This document shows, one piece after another, positions 9,467 through 18,245 of a stretch of DNA of 36,750 bases (positions are counted from its first letter, which is position 1; every line of letters begins with the position of its first letter). Below the pieces are notes generated by a model. The model was given only the letters and a program-made list of their open reading frames with translations, searched no databases and was not told the DNA's origin. The DNA comes from a virus (Duplodnaviria; Caudoviricetes). The stretch is from IMG/VR virus record IMGVR_UViG_3300032024_000036, positions 1 through 36,750 of that record; one strand, 5' to 3'. The position numbers were made by a program, and so were the translations under genes.

Positions 9467-10216
9467 ATGTCTCAAACTCTCTTAGGAATGGTGCAGGACA
9501 TCTTGTCCGAGATCAACGGAGATGAGGTCAATAGTATTGCAGATACCGAAGAGGCTGATTTTGTAGCCAGGCTTTTCCGTACTACATACAGAGACCTGTC
9601 AAGCCACACCTCTTGGCCACATACTCGGCGTGCTGTAGCTTTGACTGCAAGGTCAGACTCTAGCTACCCAACCCACTTCACGGTCAATACTGACGTAAAA
9701 AAACTTATCTCCGTCAATTATGATGTCAGGGCCAACGGGGAAACCCGAAGACGCTACAAAGTGATGACGTACAAAGACCCAGATGATTTCCTGGTGTTAC
9801 TTAATTTAAGGGATAACACTCAACCCAATGTTGATATAATTATTGATGATTCTGGGATTGAACTTCTTATCCTGAATGATAAAGCACCAGCTTATTACAC
9901 CTCATTTGATGACTCAAGCCTCATATTTGATGCTTATGATAGTTCGGTTGATAGCACCCTGCAAGAAACAAAACTACAAGCACAGGGGTATATCATTCCC
10001 GAATTTCAACTTGTAGACACCTTCATCCCAGACCTACCACCTGACGCATTCTCTCTCCTGTACCAAGAAACATTATCTCGTGTTCAACTAAAGGCGAGGG
10101 AGTTTCAAGATATTAAGGCGGAGCAAGAAGCAGTGAAACAATCGCGGTGGATGAGCAGGAATGCTTTCCGTGTGAGTGGGGGTATTCGTTACCCCAATTA
10201 TGGCCGAAAGAAATAA
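9467..10216 (+). CDS. Tail tubular protein A / adaptor (T7 gp11-like)
   Basis: 249 aa; TLLGMVQDILSEINGDEVNSI N-terminus typical of gp11-like adaptors; position. Confidence 0.75.
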   Translation: MSQTLLGMVQDILSEINGDEVNSIADTEEADFVARLFRTTYRDLSSHTSWPHTRRAVALTARSDSSYPTHFTVNTDVKKLISVNYDVRANGETRRRYKVMTYKDPDDFLVLLNLRDNTQPNVDIIIDDSGIELLILNDKAPAYYTSFDDSSLIFDAYDSSVDSTLQETKLQAQGYIIPEFQLVDTFIPDLPPDAFSLLYQETLSRVQLKAREFQDIKAEQEAVKQSRWMSRNAFRVSGGIRYPNYGRKK

Positions 10217-10217
10217 T

Positions 10218-10442
10218 ATGACATCTGAATCAATTAGGGAATACAAAGGCTATCGTGTAGAATCTCTTGGTACATACTCTCTTGTTAAAATTAAAGCAAG
10301 GGGGCAAGGTTCTATCCCAGACAAACTTGGTGGTAGCTACACTTCATACACAGAAGCCTTCAAGGCTATTGATATTTATTTGAGTAGCCTTATGAAAAGG
10401 GGTAAGACCAGTGGCAAGACAGAGGGCAGCAGTACAGATTAA
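10218..10442 (+). CDS. Hypothetical protein (74 aa)
   Basis: ATG 10218 just after the adaptor stop; fills the gap before tubular B. Confidence 0.65.
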   Translation: MTSESIREYKGYRVESLGTYSLVKIKARGQGSIPDKLGGSYTSYTEAFKAIDIYLSSLMKRGKTSGKTEGSSTD

Positions 10443-12636
10443 CCAATTTATCGGTGGTATGAACACCGAGGCTAACCCACTTTCTTTTCCAGAGAATAGT
10501 TCCATTGATGAAGTAAATATGGAACTTCTCAGGGATGGCTCAAGAAAACGCCGTCCAGGTTTTGATGTTGAAGATGGGGCCACTATGATATATAGTGGGG
10601 TTACTTTAGACCCCTCTAAAGTTTTGGGTAGAAGCCAATTCCTGTGGGAAAACCCAGGTGGTATCGCTACAAAACAATTTGTTGTTGTACAAATTGGTAA
10701 CCTGCTAGCTTTCCATGATGTAGATAACCAACCACTATCCGGTTCCACAGAGTTTTCCACTACCTACCCAATCAGTATATATGACAATATTTTTAGTTAT
10801 GCCTCTGTTGACGGTAATTTGGTAGTTGCCACTGGCCTAAAACAGATCAGCGTTTTTCAATATGATGGTGTGTCCATTACGAAAAGTGATGAAACCCTGC
10901 TCATTAGAGACTTGTTTGGGGTGGCGGCTGTTGGCCCAGGTTCTGTTGTATTAACCCAACCACAGAATATCCAAATACGGCCCACGGCTATAACTAGCCA
11001 GCATACATACAATCTCCGTAATCAGACATTTGCGTTACCACGAGTTGAGGGGGATGCAGATACACAAAATACGATTGATCCAATTGCCGAGTTCTTTGTA
11101 GCTTCTACTAGCACAATGTATCCGTCCAATGCTGATAGTGTAATCAGACATCTCGTAGCTGATGCAAACAAGGCTTCCAACCGAACAGTGGATCGTTTTA
11201 ATGCTACATCCATGTTCAAAACCCCACCAAATACTACAAAAGCCCCAAGGGGGTATTTCATTATTGATGCCCTGGAAAGGGGCACCTCCCGTCTAGCGCA
11301 AGAGGCACTGTTGCGCGCGAATAACCCAGCATTATCTTTAGTTGTAACCTCTCTCCCGGCGGATACTACACCAGGTGGACCTAAAGTTTTAGGCTCCTAT
11401 GCTGGTAGAGTCTGGTTTGCCGGTTTCTCAAGTGAGGTTCAAGATGGGGACAGTGAGTCCCCCAGAATGGCTTCATACATCTTGTTCAGCCAACTGGTTG
11501 ATAATGTATCCCGCATCCCATTATGTTATCAAGAGGGAGACCCATCTGGTGTTGACGACCCCGATGTTGTGGACACGGATGGGGGCTTTATTCGTATTGA
11601 TGGGGCCTATAATATCAAAGCCTTGGTGAATATTGGAGCGTCATTATTCGTTTTAGCCGAAAATGGTATTTGGCGTATTGTAGGTAATGATGAAAACACT
11701 TTTACAGCCACTTCATTCAGTGTATTTCGTTTGAGTGACGAAGGTTGTATTAGTTCCCTGTCAGTAGTCAACATCAGTGATGGTGTTGCATACTGGGGGG
11801 AATATGGTGTTTACATTATTTCCAGGGATCAAAATACTGGGGATTGGGCTGTAACAAATATTACTCAGGAGTCCATTCAAAAATTCTACGATAACATCCT
11901 AGTAGACGACAGAGTTACATCTGTAGGGTATTTTGACAGGGATTCGCCCGCTATAAGGTGGGTCTACGGCCCGAGGGATTTCACACAGCAGCAACAACAA
12001 ACTTTTGAGCTTGTATTCAATACTAAATATAATGTGTTTACTACTAACAAACTTGTATCTGTTGAGAATACTTACGGACCGTTGAGTGTGTCTGGTAATT
12101 CCAGACTGACTGGTGCGAATGTGGTGAGAGAACCCAAAGAATCCCTATATTGTATTGTTGGGGTATTCAATGCCCCCACAATAATGTATACATTTGGTGG
12201 GTATAACACTTTCACTTCCAAACTAGACTGGTCCAGAGGTCTTGTTAACCCAGCAGTAGCCACTGGTGGTATTGACTCCCCTGCCTACATTATAACTGGT
12301 CGGGTAAATGGTGGTGATACTAGACTCAGAAAAGAATTACCCTATGTCACTGTTTATATGCAGCGATCTGATAATGACCCAAACTATGGCATGGATTCTT
12401 CTTGCCTACTTCAGTCCCAATGGGATTGGACTACTGACTCCATGGCCGGTAAATGGAGTACTCCGCGACAGGCATATCGTTTGCTTAGAAGTGATTTAGG
12501 TCAAAATATGGTTGTGACCAGAAACAAGGTAAGGGGTGGTGGCAGGGCTGTGGCTCTCAAGTTTTCCTCGGAGCCGAATAAGGAACTCCATTTATACGGT
12601 TGGGAATACAATATTCAAGCTGGTAGTGAAGAATAA
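10411..12636 (+). CDS. Tail tubular protein B / nozzle (T7 gp12-like)
   Basis: 741 aa beta-propeller-like; N-terminal FIGGMNTE, YAGRVWFAG, C-terminal RGGGRAVALKF. Confidence 0.8.
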   Translation: MARQRAAVQINQFIGGMNTEANPLSFPENSSIDEVNMELLRDGSRKRRPGFDVEDGATMIYSGVTLDPSKVLGRSQFLWENPGGIATKQFVVVQIGNLLAFHDVDNQPLSGSTEFSTTYPISIYDNIFSYASVDGNLVVATGLKQISVFQYDGVSITKSDETLLIRDLFGVAAVGPGSVVLTQPQNIQIRPTAITSQHTYNLRNQTFALPRVEGDADTQNTIDPIAEFFVASTSTMYPSNADSVIRHLVADANKASNRTVDRFNATSMFKTPPNTTKAPRGYFIIDALERGTSRLAQEALLRANNPALSLVVTSLPADTTPGGPKVLGSYAGRVWFAGFSSEVQDGDSESPRMASYILFSQLVDNVSRIPLCYQEGDPSGVDDPDVVDTDGGFIRIDGAYNIKALVNIGASLFVLAENGIWRIVGNDENTFTATSFSVFRLSDEGCISSLSVVNISDGVAYWGEYGVYIISRDQNTGDWAVTNITQESIQKFYDNILVDDRVTSVGYFDRDSPAIRWVYGPRDFTQQQQQTFELVFNTKYNVFTTNKLVSVENTYGPLSVSGNSRLTGANVVREPKESLYCIVGVFNAPTIMYTFGGYNTFTSKLDWSRGLVNPAVATGGIDSPAYIITGRVNGGDTRLRKELPYVTVYMQRSDNDPNYGMDSSCLLQSQWDWTTDSMAGKWSTPRQAYRLLRSDLGQNMVVTRNKVRGGGRAVALKFSSEPNKELHLYGWEYNIQAGSEE

Positions 12637-12950
12637 TGCGAGAAAACACATACATTTATAAACAAACTGAAGACTACACATGCTATATTGTTGAGGCTGA
12701 CGAAATTGTTTTCCTGCATTTTAACAGTGATAAAATGACCCCGAGCATACTTAGGGATATTACTGCGGAGTTCAGGGGGATACTTGATCATTTTTCAGAT
12801 TTGGGCCATGAACTTATTTTTTCCACTGTAGCCAACCCCAAAGTTCTGAAACTTTGTTATAAGGTAGGAACACCATACGATGTAAGAAAGATAAATCATA
12901 TGGATGAAAAATACTGGGTTGTGGCTTGGGAAACTGGATTGGAGGTATGA
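12636..12950 (+). CDS. Hypothetical protein (gp13-like position, possible GNAT-like fold)
   Basis: 104 aa coupled to the nozzle gene; the function call is positional only. Confidence 0.5.
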   Translation: MRENTYIYKQTEDYTCYIVEADEIVFLHFNSDKMTPSILRDITAEFRGILDHFSDLGHELIFSTVANPKVLKLCYKVGTPYDVRKINHMDEKYWVVAWETGLEV

Positions 12951-12951
12951 T

Positions 12952-13365
12952 ATGGGTTTGGTAGCACTATTAGGTACTGCCGTATCCACGGCTTTGCAAA
13001 TTTCGGCACAACGTAAATCCGTGAGAGCGCAGAGACAGGCCCAAAGAATTTCTACTGCTGGTCAGGACATTTCTGATAGATTGACACGACGAAGAGCAGC
13101 CAGGGAAGAGCGTGTCAGGCGGTCACGTCTGGTTTCTGGCGCGCAAGCCTCTGGCGCATTTGCCAGTTCCGGCCTCAGTGGGGCAATCAGTGCCCTGAGA
13201 TCAAATTCAGATCAATCTGTCGCGCAACAGACTGGGGAAAGTTTGGCTGCAAAAGGTATTAGCGCAGCTAACCAACGATCTGCCAACGCTCAGTCCACCA
13301 TTGCACGGTTTCAGACCCTCACTAATTTTGCCATTACTGCAGACAACTTACAAAAATCTCTATAG
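12952..13365 (+). CDS. Internal virion protein (gp14-like)
   Basis: Hydrophobic N-terminus followed by Ala/Gln/Arg-rich helices. Start moved to ATG 12952 (GGAGG RBS). Confidence 0.65.
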   Translation: MGLVALLGTAVSTALQISAQRKSVRAQRQAQRISTAGQDISDRLTRRRAAREERVRRSRLVSGAQASGAFASSGLSGAISALRSNSDQSVAQQTGESLAAKGISAANQRSANAQSTIARFQTLTNFAITADNLQKSL

Positions 13366-13373
13366 GAAATATA

Positions 13374-16300
13374 ATGGACTTAGCCCTTGACGACTTCAAA
13401 GATCCCTCTGACCAACTTACCTTTGCAGATTTTCAGGGGAATGCTCCTAAAGGTTCTTCCATCAATGAGAGGACTGCTGCTCAATTGGCTGGTGGGGATA
13501 CTGTGCTTACATCAGGCTCAATTGAAGACTACAGGAAAACCAAGGACCAATTACTCGATCCCGAGTCTCGTGAACAGTTTGTACTGAAACAGCAAAACAT
13601 TCGGGATAATCTTTTTAACGATGCAAAGTCCAGCCTTGTTGATACATTGTCTTCCCCATCTATTCCCGATGGGGAGAAGCTGAACTCCCTCATTGCATCA
13701 AAGATCAGTGTTGAGAAACTCCCCCCACTATCTACTCTCGACACTCTGGCAGAAGAAGCCGCAATCGCTGATAGTGGTGATAACGAAACTGAGCGCGCTT
13801 CCAATTCCCGTTTCAATGCCCTCGATAGTATCAAGAGAATGAACTCCCTAAAAAGAGAGATTACTTCGGCAGTCAATTCTCTCAAGCTCGGTCAGGACTC
13901 TTCTACTCTCCGTAAGGTTAGGGAAATTGGGGAACTCATTGTACCATTTGCTGAGAGTGTTCATGTAAAAGATGTTATCGGTGATATTACTGGCACTCGC
14001 CCAAATGTGATCAAGCCCCTTGGTGAAAGCAAGAAACAACTCTTTTCCCTTGTTGGTGATTTACCTATTGATCAAATCCCAGCATTTACTGAACGAGTCT
14101 TGCAAATCATTGAGGAAAATCCTGGGGTGATCTTACCTGATGGTAATGATATTGCCAATTTGGATATCCTTAACAGAATGTTTATCACGAATGATTATTC
14201 TGATACTGAAAGGTGGTTCGATAACATCGTGTCCGTTTTGGATGGGGTCGGCGCTGGTAGCCTGATCAAGTCTTTTGTAAAAGGTGGAAAAGGGTCCAAA
14301 GTTGGGACTAAACTGGGCAGGGAAGCCAATGCTTTCAAGAACAGGCCCAAAGAAGCTGTAACTCCACTCGAAGAAGAGGCATTGGCTTTCAAATCTAGCC
14401 AAGACCCTGTGTCCCCCCTTGAAGAAGAGGCATTGGCTTTCAAATCTAGCCAAGACCCTGTGTCCCCCCTTGAAGAAGAGGCTAAGGCATTCTCCACAGA
14501 AAAAGAGCCTACTGCGGATACCCTGTTTCGTCGCGCATTAAATGAGGATACTAGGACTGAAGTACCCTCTACTGCACCTTCTCAAATCATCAAGGATGTT
14601 AATCCAGAGCTTGCTCGTTCCATTCATAAATTGGCCGCAGAGGATGACACAGGGGAGGCTGCAAAGGCCCTATACGGAGCAACAAAAGAAGAGGCTTTAG
14701 CCAAAGACTTGTTACCAGAGCCAGACATCCGTGGGGGCAAAGTGCCTAATAAAGTGGAGATGCGCAGGCAGGGGCCTGAATTTGAGGAACCCGCTGATAT
14801 TCGCAAGGTGTCCCTCACTAATGGTAACACAGATGTTTCATTGGGGGAACTGGCAAAGGTCAGGGAAAAATTGTTGAATGGCCTGTCTGAAATTGAGGGG
14901 ATGATTTTACACCCTTCAAGTATGCTATTTCGCACAAACCTTGATAGAACTACTACGATTGTGGCCAGATTTAGCCCGACTGATTCTGGTTTCTCTACCG
15001 CGCAGGAAGCCTTGAACAGGGCACAATTTGCGTTCAGAAACTACCGTATCAACCCCGATGAGTTTAAAATACTGGTTCGTAACGGGGACGAATGGGTACC
15101 GACTACATTGAAAGAGGTAGAGGCCAAGGAAGTCTTGAAGAGGAGCAAGCCCAACATCAAAGATGATGTCCCAGAACTTGATGATGTGGACTTTGCTATT
15201 GGCTTGGAATATAACTATCGTTTCAGCCCGGAAGACTTACAAGAAGTGGATTTGTTGACCACTGCACCGGGCTATATTGCTCGTACAGTGCAACTTCTTG
15301 ATAGGCTTCCTACACAATTCTTTGCCTCCCTTGGCCAAGGGTCCATCGTTCAACATATCCTGGATGTGGCTTCCGTAATTCACCCACAGATTGCTAATGC
15401 TATTTCTGTAGCTGTTGACAAATCACATGCCCTCAAAAAACTATATGTTAAAGAGTTTGAAAAATTTAGTAAATCCTACTCCAAACTAGATAAAAATCGT
15501 AGGGCACTTATCACAGATTACATCAATGAGGCTAATAGGGACGGCCTTAGATTAGACACCGCTGATCTGTACTCCCGTGGATTCAATCAAAAAGAGGTTG
15601 AAGTTCTGCGTGAATGGCGGCGGGCGAATGATATCATGTTCCATGCCAACAACAGGGACGCTGCTAAAACTATCAGATTCCGTGGTGGGAAGATGTTCGT
15701 TCACAATGGCAGCGACACAAAATTTGTCGGTCGTCCCATTGCGAGAAAGTCCCTTGAAAAGGGCGACACTATCTTTGACATGACTCAGGACAGTGTGGTC
15801 AAGTTTGATGGTACTGACCTGGACAAACTTTATGACGAAGGTGGTACTCTTGTAAGACTGGACCAACCAATCCAAGCAGATGGCCAATGGATTGATGTGG
15901 TTGTTGCCAGAAATACCCCGGAAGGGGGTTTTACCCGTGAAATATATGACGGGGAGCAGGTACTAGCCTACAGGGATGGTTACTATCCAGTTGTCTATGA
16001 TGCGAACTTTTTCATTGAAAAGGTTATCAAGGTAAACGGTAAAGAGCGGCATAAGGTAGTAGCTTCTGCACGGGACAATAGAGAGCTTGATGAAGCCCTC
16101 GAAATGTTGCGGAAGGACGATCCAGATGCTACGTTCTCGTTTCGTAAGGATAGGAGTCTTAACGCACCTGAGGCTCGTTTGTTTGATGACGGAGCATGGT
16201 CACTCTACTCCAATTCTGGCCTGACTACTCAGAGATTCCGTGGGGAGCGTCTCGGTGATGCTGGTGTGAATTTGAACAATCTTGGCACTGCACACCTCAA

Positions 16301-18245
16301 AGACCCCCTTGAAGCTGTGTCCAGGCAAATCATCCAGCTTTCCAATCGTGTAGCTATGCGTGATGTAATGGATTCTGTCAAGAAAAGGTGGCTGCTGAAC
16401 TACGGGGATTTTATTGAACTTCCCCGCAACAAAAAAACTGGCCAGTTGGAAATGCCCAGTCTACCTTCGCAAATTAAAGGCAAACCTGGGGCACCAGCTA
16501 AGCTCGTTGCAGACGCTCGCTCCAATTTCAATTATCTATATGGGTTGGAGAATGGTTATATTAATGGTATTGATTCCACCCTCAAGGCTACATTACACTT
16601 GGCCGCTGATATTTTTGGGGAGCACGGGTTGCCAAAGTTGGAAAGGCTTAGTCTGGAAGCTGCCAGGGTAAGCCCAGTTCAACAGGCCAAGACCCTGGCA
16701 TTCAAATTATTTCTCTCGGCAAGCCCTGTAAGACAGTCCATTCTCCAACGTGGTCAGATAATTCTATTAAATGCTATCCATCCTAAGTACGTTTCTACCA
16801 ACCTCATCCCCGACCTGATCCGACTTGACATGGCCAGACTTGGGTCGAAAAGTAGTCCCAAACATACCGAACTATTTAGAGAAATTGAAAATACAGGTAT
16901 TTTGGAAGCAGTTGACTCGAACTCCCTTACGAGAACTGATATGCTTCGATTAGCCGACCTGACAGCCTCTCAAAAAGCAAAAACACTAATTGGTCAGCCA
17001 TTCAAGTTGTCCCAGAAAATAGGTTTTGATTTTGCTGAACAGGATAACTTGATCGCAGCGTGGCTGGTTCAACGTGACCTTGCAATAAAAGCTGGTAAGA
17101 ATACTAAGGACCAGAGAGTTGCAGACGAAATTTTAGGCCAGGCCAGGGCATTCACATTAAGTATGAATCGTGCTGGGGAATTTCCATATAGCCAAAACAC
17201 TCTTGGGTTCTTTGCACAATTCTTATCTTTCAGGCATAAAATCTTTCTACAAACATTGACCAACCGTTCCTTGACCCCTATCGGTCGGGCTAAGCTGTTG
17301 GCTTTTACTACGGCGATGTTTGGTGCCGACGCCACTATTATCAGTACGCTTTGGAACAAGATCAGTGATGGGACTGAGCCATCTGAAATCAAGGACAATA
17401 TTCAAGACGGGCTTTTGGATTTTGCATTGAATTCGGCACTGTCCGCAGCAACCGGGACTGAGCAAGCTATTGATTTTGGCGACCTGGCCCCCTCTGAGGC
17501 GTTCGGGATGTGGAATATGATCAGTGGTATGTTCTCTACTGATCTGGGGGAAATCATTGCAAATGCCCCGGCTGGTAGTCTGGTGTTTGGTAATAATGCG
17601 CGCCTTACTGACGCATTTAAAACTGGTATGAGATACTTTAATATCATTGACGACTATGAAGACCCGGAACTTCAGACAACCTTCCCCGATGTGGCTATGA
17701 GTTTAATGTCCACGCTCTCCGGTGTGTCGGCAACCTTCAAAGCTCGTTATGCCTTCCATCATGGTCAAAAACTATCATCTTATGGTAGGATCACTGATGA
17801 TCAGGTAACCAAGACAGAAGCTGTTGCTGCCGCATTTGGTTTCAGGACAAAAACTGAAACTGGCTTCACAGAGGTAAAAAAATTAATCTTTGGTGAGCGT
17901 TCTTTTGAAAATGATGATGTTGTTCTTTGGTATAATGAACTCAAGAGGCAATTGTCCCGTAGGGGAACTACAGTTATCGAAAATGACCTCATGCAAAGAA
18001 CTCTAGCGGAGGCTCACAGAGTATTCAGTGAGGACAGGCCACGGTTCCTCGAAATACTTAAGGGGGAAATTGAAAAAGACGCCACCAATGGAGATTTTGC
18101 GATGTTCAAATCATTGACAAGTAGGATGGGACTGATCCCAAAAGAAGATATGTGGAAAATGATCAATACCCTGCCTGCTGGCAATCTTCGTGACCAGTTG
18201 ACGGCCTTGGTTAACACTAGTGAGGAATTACTCAATGGCAACTAA
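13374..18245 (+). CDS. Large internal virion (ejection) protein
   Basis: 1623 aa, helical, in the internal-protein block of a podovirus. Confidence 0.7.
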   Translation: MDLALDDFKDPSDQLTFADFQGNAPKGSSINERTAAQLAGGDTVLTSGSIEDYRKTKDQLLDPESREQFVLKQQNIRDNLFNDAKSSLVDTLSSPSIPDGEKLNSLIASKISVEKLPPLSTLDTLAEEAAIADSGDNETERASNSRFNALDSIKRMNSLKREITSAVNSLKLGQDSSTLRKVREIGELIVPFAESVHVKDVIGDITGTRPNVIKPLGESKKQLFSLVGDLPIDQIPAFTERVLQIIEENPGVILPDGNDIANLDILNRMFITNDYSDTERWFDNIVSVLDGVGAGSLIKSFVKGGKGSKVGTKLGREANAFKNRPKEAVTPLEEEALAFKSSQDPVSPLEEEALAFKSSQDPVSPLEEEAKAFSTEKEPTADTLFRRALNEDTRTEVPSTAPSQIIKDVNPELARSIHKLAAEDDTGEAAKALYGATKEEALAKDLLPEPDIRGGKVPNKVEMRRQGPEFEEPADIRKVSLTNGNTDVSLGELAKVREKLLNGLSEIEGMILHPSSMLFRTNLDRTTTIVARFSPTDSGFSTAQEALNRAQFAFRNYRINPDEFKILVRNGDEWVPTTLKEVEAKEVLKRSKPNIKDDVPELDDVDFAIGLEYNYRFSPEDLQEVDLLTTAPGYIARTVQLLDRLPTQFFASLGQGSIVQHILDVASVIHPQIANAISVAVDKSHALKKLYVKEFEKFSKSYSKLDKNRRALITDYINEANRDGLRLDTADLYSRGFNQKEVEVLREWRRANDIMFHANNRDAAKTIRFRGGKMFVHNGSDTKFVGRPIARKSLEKGDTIFDMTQDSVVKFDGTDLDKLYDEGGTLVRLDQPIQADGQWIDVVVARNTPEGGFTREIYDGEQVLAYRDGYYPVVYDANFFIEKVIKVNGKERHKVVASARDNRELDEALEMLRKDDPDATFSFRKDRSLNAPEARLFDDGAWSLYSNSGLTTQRFRGERLGDAGVNLNNLGTAHLKDPLEAVSRQIIQLSNRVAMRDVMDSVKKRWLLNYGDFIELPRNKKTGQLEMPSLPSQIKGKPGAPAKLVADARSNFNYLYGLENGYINGIDSTLKATLHLAADIFGEHGLPKLERLSLEAARVSPVQQAKTLAFKLFLSASPVRQSILQRGQIILLNAIHPKYVSTNLIPDLIRLDMARLGSKSSPKHTELFREIENTGILEAVDSNSLTRTDMLRLADLTASQKAKTLIGQPFKLSQKIGFDFAEQDNLIAAWLVQRDLAIKAGKNTKDQRVADEILGQARAFTLSMNRAGEFPYSQNTLGFFAQFLSFRHKIFLQTLTNRSLTPIGRAKLLAFTTAMFGADATIISTLWNKISDGTEPSEIKDNIQDGLLDFALNSALSAATGTEQAIDFGDLAPSEAFGMWNMISGMFSTDLGEIIANAPAGSLVFGNNARLTDAFKTGMRYFNIIDDYEDPELQTTFPDVAMSLMSTLSGVSATFKARYAFHHGQKLSSYGRITDDQVTKTEAVAAAFGFRTKTETGFTEVKKLIFGERSFENDDVVLWYNELKRQLSRRGTTVIENDLMQRTLAEAHRVFSEDRPRFLEILKGEIEKDATNGDFAMFKSLTSRMGLIPKEDMWKMINTLPAGNLRDQLTALVNTSEELLNGN
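14370..14482 (+). repeat. Perfect 51-bp tandem repeat (2.2 copies) encoding EEEALAFKSSQDPVSPL
   Basis: Units 14370-14420 and 14421-14471 are identical; partial third copy at 14472-14482. Confidence 0.95.

Noticed and set aside
14370-14482. CRISPR-like array
   Set aside because: The repeats are contiguous, in-frame and coding, with no spacers or cas genes.
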